64,000 nucleotides of DNA from Candidatus Campbellbacteria bacterium (GCA_016699465.1 CP064977.1:409743-473742), one strand, 5' to 3'. Shown: positions 9,645 through 19,746, counted from the first letter of the stretch. Notes: generated from the sequence alone by a model not told the origin. A program made the numbers and translations.

Positions 9645-9679
9645 CAGGATGCTGCATTCGACCGCTCTGCCACCTCTCC
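9591..9679 (-). tRNA. tRNA-Ser(GCU), class II with long variable arm, CCA encoded
   Basis: Folded by hand: acceptor GGAGAGG/CCTCTCC, 3-bp D-stem, anticodon arm GCATC-CTGCTAA-GATGC (anticodon GCT), long variable arm, T-arm GAGGG-TTCGAAT-CCCTC, G73, CCA. Confidence 0.8.
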
Positions 9680-9787
9680 AGGTGTCTCGGAAAAGGCTCT
9701 GCCACCCTTCCAGTTCGCACAATGTACCACGTTTTTGACGCTATTTCTACAGACATTCACCTATTCATTCTATAGAATAGAGATGCT

Positions 9788-10588
9788 GTGAGTATAAAAA
9801 AGTTTCGAAAAACAGTATGGAGTTATTACCGCCAACACGGCCGTATATTGCCATGGAGAAAAACACGCGACCCCTACAAAATCCTTATGTCGGAAATCAT
9901 GCTCCAACAAACACAAGTAGACCGTGTTGTTTCAAAGTACACAGCGTTTACGAAACAATTCCCAAATTTCAAAACACTCGCAAATGCAAGAACGTCGGAT
10001 GTTATACAAGCATGGCAAGGTCTCGGATATAATCGCCGAGCACTCAATCTCCAGCGCTGCACGCAAGAAGTCGTACAAAAATACAAGGGCAAACTTCCAT
10101 CATCGTATACTGAGCTAGTTTCCCTTCCTGGAATTGGACCATACACCGCAGGTGCGATCATGGCATTTGCATACAACAAACCTATTGCATGTATTGAGAC
10201 AAATATTCGAGCAGTGTACATCCATCATTTTTTCTCTCCTACAAAAAAAGTATCTGACAAAGAATTACTACTGTTGATTGAACAAACACTTGATACACAA
10301 AATCCACGCGAATGGTACTGGGCGCTCATGGATTATGGTTCCTATCTCAAAAAAACACTTCCCAACCCTGCTCGACGCAGTACACACCACACAAAACAAA
10401 AAATGTTTAAAGGTTCTAATCGACAGTTGCGCGGAAATATACTGAAACTAGTATCTCAAAAAAGTATCTCTGAAAAAAAACTTTTCGCTGAAATACAAAG
10501 AAAGCCAATTGAAATACGGGGCGCTCTTACAGCACTTACAAAAGAAGGATTTATACAAAAGAAAGGGGCAAACATTTCTCTTATATAA
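9788..10588 (+). CDS. HhH-GPD base-excision glycosylase, MutY/Nth-like
   Basis: LPWRKTRDPYKILMSEIMLQQTQV and HhH GIGPYTAGAI motifs. Confidence 0.7.
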   Translation: MSIKKFRKTVWSYYRQHGRILPWRKTRDPYKILMSEIMLQQTQVDRVVSKYTAFTKQFPNFKTLANARTSDVIQAWQGLGYNRRALNLQRCTQEVVQKYKGKLPSSYTELVSLPGIGPYTAGAIMAFAYNKPIACIETNIRAVYIHHFFSPTKKVSDKELLLLIEQTLDTQNPREWYWALMDYGSYLKKTLPNPARRSTHHTKQKMFKGSNRQLRGNILKLVSQKSISEKKLFAEIQRKPIEIRGALTALTKEGFIQKKGANISLI

Positions 10589-10632
10589 GAAAAGGCCGTG
10601 TTCGGGGTCGAAACCCCGAACACGGCCTGCTG

Positions 10633-11478
10633 TCAGAACGTCCAGATTGTCGAGACGGTCGGCGTCGCCGGGATGGCGAATCGCCCACTTCGGCTGTCGC
10701 TCTCCGACCGGAGGAGCGATAGCTTCAGCTTCATCAGCCGCCCCTGATACGAAACACTCGGCTTGGCGTAGATTGAATATCGTTCCTTGTCGGAAGCGAT
10801 CACGCCACCCGACATCCCGAGGACCCACGGCCCCTTCTCGTACACGTACGACATCTCGCCGTACGCGTACAGACGATCGCCGTCGCCGTAGGCCGTATGG
10901 TAAACGCCGACATACTGCCACCCGAGCTCGGTTGACCATCCACCACGAAGTGTTCGACTGAACGAACCCAGCGGGCCGATGAAGGTCGAGGACTTTCCGC
11001 CTCGGTACGGCGGAGCGTAAAAAATCTCTACGCCCGCCTTCCCCGACCACTTACCCAGAGAAAACTTCCTCTGAATGATGGGATCGATGAAGTGGGCCAT
11101 GACGCCGGCATCGTGCGTCCCGAGGGCTTTGACACCCAAGAGGAACACGTCCCAGTTGTCGTCAGCGTACGTGAGCGACAACCCCGCGATGGGATCGTCG
11201 CTCGCCACGGAGCCGAAGGACTTGAACGCGGATCGCGAAGACCAACTGGTCTCCAGCGTCCACAGATCGTCCTTCTCGAGCACCGTGACTGGAGCGATGT
11301 TCACCCCGGTCACCAGGTTCGTGGTCATGGCGAGCTGGTCGCCGTTGACCTCCTGACCATGCGCCGCGATGGCACAGGCCAGAGGCCAGCCCACCAACAG
11401 CGCGAGGACGATCCACAGTAGAGGCTGTGCGGTCTTCTTGTTGACTCGAGCAACGAGGGCCGTGTTCAGACTCTTCAC
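10633..11478 (-). CDS. outer-membrane beta-barrel-like protein (high-GC island)
   Basis: Signal peptide, alternating beta-strand pattern, C-terminal ...WTF aromatic terminus. About 62% GC versus about 43% in the flanking genes. Confidence 0.4.
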   Translation of the reverse strand: MKSLNTALVARVNKKTAQPLLWIVLALLVGWPLACAIAAHGQEVNGDQLAMTTNLVTGVNIAPVTVLEKDDLWTLETSWSSRSAFKSFGSVASDDPIAGLSLTYADDNWDVFLLGVKALGTHDAGVMAHFIDPIIQRKFSLGKWSGKAGVEIFYAPPYRGGKSSTFIGPLGSFSRTLRGGWSTELGWQYVGVYHTAYGDGDRLYAYGEMSYVYEKGPWVLGMSGGVIASDKERYSIYAKPSVSYQGRLMKLKLSLLRSESDSRSGRFAIPATPTVSTIWTF

Positions 11479-11610
11479 TTTGCCACCTCCTAGGTTCCCG
11501 TTCGACGATGTGTCGAAACGTGTTTTCTGTATATTAGTATAGCAAAAATAACGTATTTGTCAACACCTAGAGATCTGTTTGTCAAAATACGCTTGTAATT
11601 CTTATACAAA

Positions 11611-12200
11611 TTACAAGTGGCTTGCTTCAAGAGCCCGATTAATCTCAATGAGCGCCCTACGATGTGTGGGAGCAAATAAAGAAATGTGCTCAGAGGAGAA
11701 GTGGTACGGTGGGGACAAATGTTGTGTATATGCAGAATCACCTTGGACGTAACCGAGTTCATGGAGAATGCGCAATACCAGAAGAACTTCAAATGAAGCT
11801 ATATTGTCTTGTGTGACCTCAGGACCAGCGAGTGCAGAGAGTCCATCCCACACCAAATCAAACAAAACACTTCCTTGTTCTTCATCGACGATAAGTCGAC
11901 GAACAAGGTGGAGTACCCGAATGGCAAGCATTCTTTTTGTCTATCTTCATGTTCAAAAAAAATTGATGAAACAGGCGTAACGTTAGTGATACGCCACCCA
12001 TCACGAGATCGGACAAGCGATACATCTGACACAGAAGAAAATTGCAAACCATATCGATGACGAGAACGTCCTTCGCGTGATGACTGACAACGCGCAAACA
12101 CCACGCCCATATCGGCGGTAAACAAACGATAGGTACGACTCGCCTCACCGACGTTATACGCGCCGAGAACAATTGCCTTTGTATGATGCTTGGAATACAT
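11611..12200 (-). pseudogene. recO: recO, disrupted by a frameshift near 11900-11935 (or sequencing error)
   Basis: N-terminal OB-fold region (KAIVLGAYNVGEASRTYRLFT...) in one frame. RecO C-terminal region (LVRRLIVDEEQ...FEVLLVLRILHELGY) in the overlapping frame. Confidence 0.45.
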
Positions 12201-12328
12201 AAAACTAAATTCGAAATACGAATATCGAAATTCGAACCAAATTCAAAATCCTAAGTCTTAAAGTTTTAAACATTTTGAACATTCGCATATTCTTGCTTGT
12301 TTCGAGTTTCGTGCTTCGATATTCGTGC

Positions 12329-15300
12329 TTAGTGTATATTGAAAATATAGGATTCCTCCCCAGTGTCTCCAATGGAAACAGAGAGATCTGTAAGATTTGT
12401 TGTCTTCATGAGTGCTTCTTTGTATTCCTCAATAAGTTTTTTTCCGTCTTCGTTTGTAACAACAGAAAGTGCCGGAGCATCTGACGCAGTCAATCCTACT
12501 GTTTTTCTAAAATCTTGAATAGCACGCATCAAATCACGGACACTTCCTTCTTTCTGCAATTCAGGCGTCACCACGGTATCAAGCTCAACATCCCAACCTG
12601 CGTCCTCTTTGAAAAAGACTTCTTTTACATTTACTTCATCGGAAATCAACGCAACAAGTTCTGGAAACTTTTGTAGCGTAAGATTTCCACCTCGAAGTGT
12701 CAGCGATGCGAGTGGCTGACGCACTTTTACTCCTGCTGTCATACGTGCCTCAAGAGCCCGCGACGCAACATCTCGTGTTTTCTGCATGTTTTTTACAATC
12801 TCTTTTTCCTTCTTTGATTCATGACCAAATATTCCAGTATCTGCTTTTGGCCACGTCTCCAAGTGCACGCTTTCTAACTCACCGCCAATGGAAGTATATA
12901 TTTCTTCAGCAAAGAACGGTGCAAATGGTGCCAGTATCTGAGCAAGTGTTTTCAGTACATGGTGTGTCGTTGCAAGTGCCTGTTCCCTATCCTCAACATT
13001 TTCTGACTTAAATCTCTCTCGTGAACGGCGAATGTACCACGTAGAAAGATCCTGAACAAAATCTCGAATTGCACGCGTAGGTTCAAAAACATGGTACGTC
13101 TCAAGACCTTGCGTTACATCAGCAACAAGCTCATTGAGTCGCGTCAAAATCCACACATCAAGAACACGTTTGGAGACTGGAGACTGGAGACTGGAGACTG
13201 GAGCTTCATCCTTGTACATCTCATAGAACTTCACCACATTGCGAGTAATCGTAAATACTTTTTTTGATACCTCATCAACTGTTTTTTCATCAAAGTTTTT
13301 TGAATCACCTGGTTGATTCACGGAATACATCCAAAAACGAATGACATCAACTCCGTATTTTGCTATTGCCTCCCATGGATTCACCACGTTACCAATCGAC
13401 TTACTCATCTTTTTACCTTTTGCATCCAAAATGTGTCCAAGGCAAATAACATTTTCAAATGCGCGCCCTTTCCCCATGAGAGCACCCACAGCATGCAGTG
13501 TGTAAAACCACCCGCGCGTCTGATCAATTGCTTCAGAAATGTACTGCGCAGGATATCCTTGCCCATCAATCCATTCTTTATTTTCAAAAGGATAGTGATC
13601 TTGTGCAAATGGCATAGCGCCTGAATCAAACCATACGTCCATCACTTCAGGAGTACGCTTCATGCGTGCAGTACATTTTGGACACGTCACCTCTACCTCA
13701 TCGATGTATGGCTTGTGTAAATCAATATCAAAGGTGTCATTGTGTGGAAGTGGTACAAAGCCAAATTCAAGCACGTGTGCAAGTTCAAGTGGTGTTGTTG
13801 CCATAATACGCTCAGCACGCGCATCATCTGCACCTTCCAAAATTGCTAGAACAGTAGAAAAACCGATTCCGTGAGTGACAACAATAATGTGTTCATCCTC
13901 ATGCCGACTATCAATGTCATACAAAAACTCTGCAAAACGTCGTCGAGCATCTGCATAACTTTCCCCATTAGGAAGCGCATCAGTATATCTATATCCATTC
14001 GCTTTTCTAAACGCAAACACTTCTTTGTGTTGTTTGCCATTAAAATCACCATACCCGAGCTCTCGCAATCGCTCATCAACAACAATGGCATCCGGAGATA
14101 TACCGAGCTCTTGTGCAAGAATATTTGCCGTCTCACGAGTTCGCACAAATGGCGACGTGTATAGTGTCGTCACTTTTTCTTTCTGAATTTTTTTACTTGC
14201 GTGCACAACCTGCTCTTTTCCTTTCTCCGTTATGTGATCTGGTCCATTTGGATCTGCACTCGCAGTGTCTAACACATTATTCTGCGCTTCTCCGTGCCGA
14301 ACAAACGTAAATGTATTTCCACGGGACTTTGTAATCTTTTTGAGATGTTCAATAGATGATACGACTTCCGTGTGATGACAGTGCTCACAATTCCAGACAG
14401 GTAATGGAGTTCCCCAGTACCTATCACGAGAAAACGCCCAATCTTTTACCTCACGAAGCCATTCACCAAAACGTCCTTCTTTAATATGTTCTGGTACCCA
14501 ATGAATTTTTTATTTTCCTTAACTAATTCATCACGCAACTCCGACATGCGAATGTACCACGAATCCCGCGCATAGTAGATAAGTGCCGTATGACAGCGCC
14601 AACAGTGTGGGTATGTGTGTTCAAATTTTTCTTTCTTAAATAAAAGATTTCGTCCTGCCAAATCTTTAATAACTTCAACGGCAGTTGATTCATCACGCAC
14701 AAAGAGTCCTTCATAGAGCCCTGTGCCTTGTACAAAATGCCCCGTCTCATCTACAAGATGCCACTTCGGCAATCCAACCTTGTTTCCCAATTCAAAATCT
14801 TCCTGTCCGTACATCACCGCAGTGTGCACAATACCTGTACCGTCTGTTGTCGTCACAAAATCCGCAGAGTACACCTTGTACGCATTCTGCATTTTTTCTT
14901 TTTCAGGGCCAGAAATAAGCGTGTTCAAAAATGGAAAAAGTGGTTCGTACGTAAGACCAATAAGTGCTTCACCTAAACATTCTTCAACAACTTCATACCC
15001 TTCACCCAACACAGAAAGTCGATCCCTTCCAAGCCACAAAAATTCACCACCATGAGAAACTTTTACATACGAAATTTTTTCTCCAATAGCAAGACCAACG
15101 TTTCCAAGAAGTGTCCACGGCGTTGTCGTCCATGCAAGTAAGTATGTATTTTCTTCTCCTACAAGTGCAAACTTCACATACACCGAAATATCTTTTACAT
15201 CTTCATATCCCTGCGCGAGCTCATGGCTTGAAAGTGCTGTCCCACAACGCGGACACCACGGGAGCACTTTGTAATCCTTATAGAGAAGTTCTCGCTTGTG

Positions 15301-15807
15301 CACATGCGCAACAATATTCCACAACGACTCCATGTAACTTGAGGTGTATGGAATGTAGGCATCATTCAAATCAACCCAGTACCCAATGCGCTGTGTAAAT
15401 TCTTGCCACTCATCAATGTACTTCCACACGCTCTCTTTACACTTTTGATTGAATCGATCAATACCATATTCTTCAATTTGTTTTTTTGAGGTCAGACCAA
15501 GCTGTTTTTCAACTTCAATCTCAACAGGAAGCCCGTGTGTATCCCAGCCCGCTTTTCGGCGCACATGAAAACCACACATCGTCTTGTAACGAGGAATAAC
15601 ATCTTTAAAGGCACGCGAGATAAGGTGGTGAATTCCTGGACGACCGTTTGCTGTTGGCGGACCTTCGTAAAATACAAATTCACCTTCAGGAGAATCCTTT
15701 GCGAGTGTTTTTTGAAAAATATCTTTCTCTTTCCACTCTCGTAAGATTGCCTCTTCGCCTTTTGCTACATCACTTTTCTCGTATTCTGTCTGTTCCATAC
15801 TACCCAT
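12329..15807 (-). CDS. ileS: isoleucyl-tRNA synthetase with an embedded histidine-phosphatase domain; -1 frameshift at a poly-A run near 14505-14512
   Basis: HIGH-region (PPTANGRPGIHH), CP1 editing motifs (TTTPWTL, TGIVHTA), DWAFSRDRYWGTPLPVW, DLHKPYIDEV, DVWFDSG, DQTRGWF, KMSKS. A PGAM/SixA-like domain (FVRHGEAQNN...LYTSPFVRTRETA...VVTHG) is inserted in frame. The two ORF-track pieces join by hand translation across a 6-A run. Confidence 0.8.
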
Positions 15808-15855
15808 ACTAGCAAAAAAAACGACCTTTTAAAACGTCCGCGCAGGTGACACCTG

Positions 15856-17535
15856 TTACATCTTTTCAGGAGTTGAAATGCCGAGTATGTGGAGGCCATT
15901 TTCAAGCACTGTGGAAAGCGTCTTTGTCAGAGCAACTTTGTAAGGTGCATGCGGATTGTTTGTGTCAACAATTTTCTCTTGCGCGTACCATGCGTTAAAT
16001 GCACCCGAAAGTTCAGTTACATATTGCGAAATATACTGCGGAGCATACCCACGGAGCGCGAGGAGTGTTTTTTCAGGGAATCGAGACACCATGCGTTCGA
16101 AATCAGAAAGTTCCGGGCGCTCTCCATCACACGATCCGACAATGTGCGCCTCAGCCGCCTTCTGTAAAATAGATTTTGCACGCACAAGCGTGTACTGAAT
16201 ATACGGACCTGAATCACCTTCAAACGACAATGATCGCTCTGGATCAAACGTGCTATTTTTTTCTGTTCCCTGTTTCAGTACCATGTACTTAATAGCACCG
16301 ACCGCAACCGCATTCGCGATTGCGTCTGTCGTACCAACTCCTCGCTCACTCACCTTTTCCTGCGCGCGATGTATCATATCTTGCAAGAGCGACTCACCAG
16401 TAATTACATTTCCTTTTCGTGATGACATCTTTCCTGTCGTCAACACCATCATGCCGTGATGTATGTGTTTGAATCGTCCTGTAAATTCTGGACGAAGCAG
16501 TTCAAGAGCTTTGAATACGACGTTAAAGTATTGTTCTTGCTCGACAGCGGTAATAGTAATACTTTCATCAAATGTACATCGGTCCATTTTAAGCACCGCA
16601 AGCCCGAGCTCCTTCCCTTCATACGTAAGCACTCCTTCTTTTGTAATAAAGACACGAGTATGGAGTCCGTGCACCTCTCCCGGAAACACAATTGCACCTT
16701 CACTTTTTTGAAAAATTCCTTTTTCTAAACCTTCTTCGACTAATGCTCTTCCCGCTTCAAGTGTTTGACTCTCAAAAAAGTATTCATCGAAGCGTGTCCC
16801 CAACAGTGCGTATATTTCCTCAAACGCCTTGAGCGATGCTTCTCGCCCTTTCTGGTACATATCCTCAACACTCGTGTCGTGTGTGTACACTTTTTTATTT
16901 ATTTCCACAATTTCTTTTTGTGCAGTCTCATCTGTCTCATACATCTCATGTCCATACGCGTATGCTTTTCCAATTTCAGGAATATCTGTCGGATCAACAT
17001 TTCGTTTCATCATGCCCCACAACGCTTTTGCAACATGTAACCCAACATCACCTTGGTAATTTGCGCGAATAACGCGCGCTCCCGCATTTTCAAAAATACG
17101 CGTAAGCGTTTCACCAATGGTGTTACTCATCAAGTGTCCAATATGAAATGGTTTGAATGGATTTGGTTGTGTGTACTCAACCATGATTGTTTTTCCAGAA
17201 AATGTTTCATTCGTTCCGTACGCAGTCCCTTGTTTTAAAATAGTTTCTAATTCGTGTACAAAAAAATCACGTGAAAGTGTGAAATTAATGAACCCCGGGC
17301 CCGCCACTTCAATTTTTTCAACTCCCTCTACCTGTGCGCTCAACAGATGTTGCACAATTTTTTCTGCTACCGCACGAGGATTTTCACCAACCTGTTTCGC
17401 AAGTGCAAGTGCCACAGTACACGCAAAATCACCATGCGCCATTTCAGCTGGACGTTCTAAAACAACCACGGCTGGAGGATATCCGAGCGCTTCACATGCA
17501 TCTGTAATTTTTTGTATCAACGCTTTTTCAAGCAC
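15856..17535 (-). CDS. argS: arginyl-tRNA synthetase
   Basis: HIGH motif FHIGHL, ANYQGDVGLH, class I ArgS architecture. Confidence 0.85.
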   Translation of the reverse strand: MLEKALIQKITDACEALGYPPAVVVLERPAEMAHGDFACTVALALAKQVGENPRAVAEKIVQHLLSAQVEGVEKIEVAGPGFINFTLSRDFFVHELETILKQGTAYGTNETFSGKTIMVEYTQPNPFKPFHIGHLMSNTIGETLTRIFENAGARVIRANYQGDVGLHVAKALWGMMKRNVDPTDIPEIGKAYAYGHEMYETDETAQKEIVEINKKVYTHDTSVEDMYQKGREASLKAFEEIYALLGTRFDEYFFESQTLEAGRALVEEGLEKGIFQKSEGAIVFPGEVHGLHTRVFITKEGVLTYEGKELGLAVLKMDRCTFDESITITAVEQEQYFNVVFKALELLRPEFTGRFKHIHHGMMVLTTGKMSSRKGNVITGESLLQDMIHRAQEKVSERGVGTTDAIANAVAVGAIKYMVLKQGTEKNSTFDPERSLSFEGDSGPYIQYTLVRAKSILQKAAEAHIVGSCDGERPELSDFERMVSRFPEKTLLALRGYAPQYISQYVTELSGAFNAWYAQEKIVDTNNPHAPYKVALTKTLSTVLENGLHILGISTPEKM

Positions 17536-17632
17536 ATGTGTATTGTATCATCTCGCCCGCAATTGACAGAAATACATTCTGGCGTATGCTCTCGGTTAGA
17601 CCATGTTCTCAAAAACAAATGGAGGAAACGCA

Positions 17633-17827
17633 ATGCTAACTCCTGGGATTATCGTTCCCGGAAGAGTGTGTCGTAAATGCGGTGCACAAATCAAGTGCTA
17701 CGCACCGTCCAGAGCAAAATGGTCATATGAGTGCACAAAATGTGCCCACGCACACACAGATCTCAACGTCGTTGGGTATCTGATATTACCGGCACACCAA
17801 CAACACCCTCAAAAAAAGCGCCTATGA
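17633..17827 (+). CDS. small zinc-ribbon protein (hypothetical)
   Basis: RBS GGAGG 7 nt upstream of an internal ATG. CRKC...CTKC. Followed by a hairpin plus T-tract terminator. Confidence 0.3.
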   Translation: MLTPGIIVPGRVCRKCGAQIKCYAPSRAKWSYECTKCAHAHTDLNVVGYLILPAHQQHPQKKRL

Positions 17828-17843
17828 ACGAGTAATCCGTACA

Positions 17844-17880
17844 CCGCCCGAGCAGAATATGCTCTGGGCGGTTTTGTCTT
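17844..17880. terminator. bidirectional rho-independent terminator
   Basis: ccgcccgagcagaatatgctctgggcgg followed by ttttg, between convergent genes. Confidence 0.5.
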
Positions 17881-17896
17881 CTAACAAACTTTTTGA

Positions 17897-19156
17897 TTAT
17901 ACAAACGACTCAGGTACGGGAAAGCGTTCTGCAAGATCTTGTATTTCCTTGTGTACTTTTTCTTTTACGTTTGTATCTGTGTGATGTTTCAAAACAGTAA
18001 TCATACGCTCTGCAACAAATCGACACTCTTCTTCTGAAAACGTGCGCGTTGTGATTGCGGGCGTGCCGAATCGAATCCCTGACGGATCAAGAGGTTTGCG
18101 CGTGTCATCAGCAATGACATTTTTATTTACAGTAATACCCACTTCATCGAGTGCGCGCTGCGCTTCGTCACCTGTTACACCAAGCGAACCAAACACATCC
18201 GCAAGAATAAGATGATTGGATGTCCCCCCACCTATCAACCGAATATTTTCTTTCAAAAACACATCTGCCATTGCCTGCGCATTTTGCACAACCTGTTGTG
18301 CATAGATAGAAAACTTTGGCGACAGTGCTTCGCCAAATGCAACCGCCTTTGCTGCGATCACGTTCATATGTGGGCCACCCTGTAACCCAGGAAAGACCAT
18401 TTTATCTATCTTTTTTGCAATCTCTTCATTATCTCGTATCAAAATCATCCCACCACGCGGACCACGTAATGTTTTATGTGTTGTTGTCGTCATCACATCA
18501 AAACCAAAATCAAATGGATTCTTCACCGCCTTCCCCGCAATGAGCCCCGCAATGTGTGCAACATCCATCACAGCAAGCGCACCAACTTCTCGAGCAATCG
18601 AAACAAATTTTTCATAATCCAACTCACGCGAATATGCCGAGTATCCAGCGAGCAACATTTTTGGTTTTTCTTTGAGTGCAGTTTCACGCAGTGCATCGTA
18701 ATCAATTTCACCCGTTTCAACATTCTTCATTCCGTATCGTACAAATTTAAAAATTTTTGTGATTGCTGTCACAGGATGTCCATGTGTTAAATGACCTCCG
18801 TGCGACAAATCCATTCCGAGAACAGTGTCACCTGGTTCAAGAAGCGCAAAGTACGTTGCAATGTTTGCTGGGGCGCCAGAAAGTGGTTGTACATTTACAA
18901 AACCTGCACCAAATAATTTTTTTGCACGCTCAATCGCCAACACTTCTATCTGATCAGTAAATTCTTGACCACCGTAGTACCGCTTACCCGGATATCCTTC
19001 CGAATACTTATTTGTCATTACTGATGAGAGTGCCTCACGAACCGCGCGAGAGACATAATTTTCAGACGGAATAAGCTCAAGCCCTTCCACTTGCCGTTGT
19101 TCTTCTCCTTGAAGAATTTGATATATTTCTTCGTCTTGTTTTTTAATATATGACAT
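17897..19156 (-). CDS. glyA: serine hydroxymethyltransferase
   Basis: GYPGKRYYGG, HLTHG, TTTTHKTLRGPRGG motifs. Confidence 0.9.
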   Translation of the reverse strand: MSYIKKQDEEIYQILQGEEQRQVEGLELIPSENYVSRAVREALSSVMTNKYSEGYPGKRYYGGQEFTDQIEVLAIERAKKLFGAGFVNVQPLSGAPANIATYFALLEPGDTVLGMDLSHGGHLTHGHPVTAITKIFKFVRYGMKNVETGEIDYDALRETALKEKPKMLLAGYSAYSRELDYEKFVSIAREVGALAVMDVAHIAGLIAGKAVKNPFDFGFDVMTTTTHKTLRGPRGGMILIRDNEEIAKKIDKMVFPGLQGGPHMNVIAAKAVAFGEALSPKFSIYAQQVVQNAQAMADVFLKENIRLIGGGTSNHLILADVFGSLGVTGDEAQRALDEVGITVNKNVIADDTRKPLDPSGIRFGTPAITTRTFSEEECRFVAERMITVLKHHTDTNVKEKVHKEIQDLAERFPVPESFV

Positions 19157-19161
19157 AGGAT

Positions 19162-19746
19162 TTAGAGTAAACGTTTAACATGTTTCCAAATTGCTTCTTC
19201 CACTTTTTCTCGCGAGTCATTTGCGTCCACCATAAACCAGCCACGTTTCTCAGCCAGAGCATGATGCACCGAACGAACTTTCTGCATCAATACATCATCG
19301 CTTTCGTGTTTGTGTCCTTCTTCCTTTCCATCAAGGAATCGTTCACCATCCATGAACACACAGAGATCTTCCGAGAGCAAGTGGCTGTTGAGTTCCTGAA
19401 GAAATGCTTCATCAACACCTGCTCCAACCCCCCAAGCTATTCCCGTTCCAATATAATCTTCAACTACAATCCATTCGCCACTTTCAATACGGTCACGTAA
19501 TACGCTGTCGTATTGTGTTCTATTAAGAATTTGCAAAATTTGAAACTCACGTGCAGATAAGTTGTGTGGATTTCCATTTCGAAGATACGCGTTAATCATT
19601 GGACCTGACGGTGGAAGTTCATACAATGGGTATTTAAGATAGTGTGCCTGCTTCCCTTCGCGCGTTAAATGCTCAACGAGCACACGCGCCTGTGTTGTTT
19701 TTCCAAGATTGTTGATGCCGTATAAGGCGATGAGTTTTCCACGCAT
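19162..19746 (-). CDS. tmk: thymidylate kinase
   Basis: P-loop GINNLGKTT. dTMP-kinase length and lid region. Confidence 0.6.
   Translation of the reverse strand: MRGKLIALYGINNLGKTTQARVLVEHLTREGKQAHYLKYPLYELPPSGPMINAYLRNGNPHNLSAREFQILQILNRTQYDSVLRDRIESGEWIVVEDYIGTGIAWGVGAGVDEAFLQELNSHLLSEDLCVFMDGERFLDGKEEGHKHESDDVLMQKVRSVHHALAEKRGWFMVDANDSREKVEEAIWKHVKRLL

Larger units (their letters stand above)
1..9679. mobile_element. integrative element (prophage-like/ICE-like) inserted at the tRNA-Ser 3' end; left boundary outside the window
   Basis: A serine integrase abutting and overlapping the tRNA, a CI/Cro switch, an HTH replication gene, and cargo (ATPase plus nuclease module, SppA, thermonuclease). 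The second att site was not found in the window. Confidence 0.45.

Noticed and set aside
12329-14275. Treating the ileS C-terminal ORF (track start MLDTAS at 14275) as an independent gene encoding a phosphatase-synthetase fusion
   Set aside because: The track start is a non-ATG codon inside a continuous frame. The frame extends upstream through IleS motifs (KIHWVPEHIKEGRFGEW...DWAFSRDRYWG) to the frameshift site, so it is one ileS gene.
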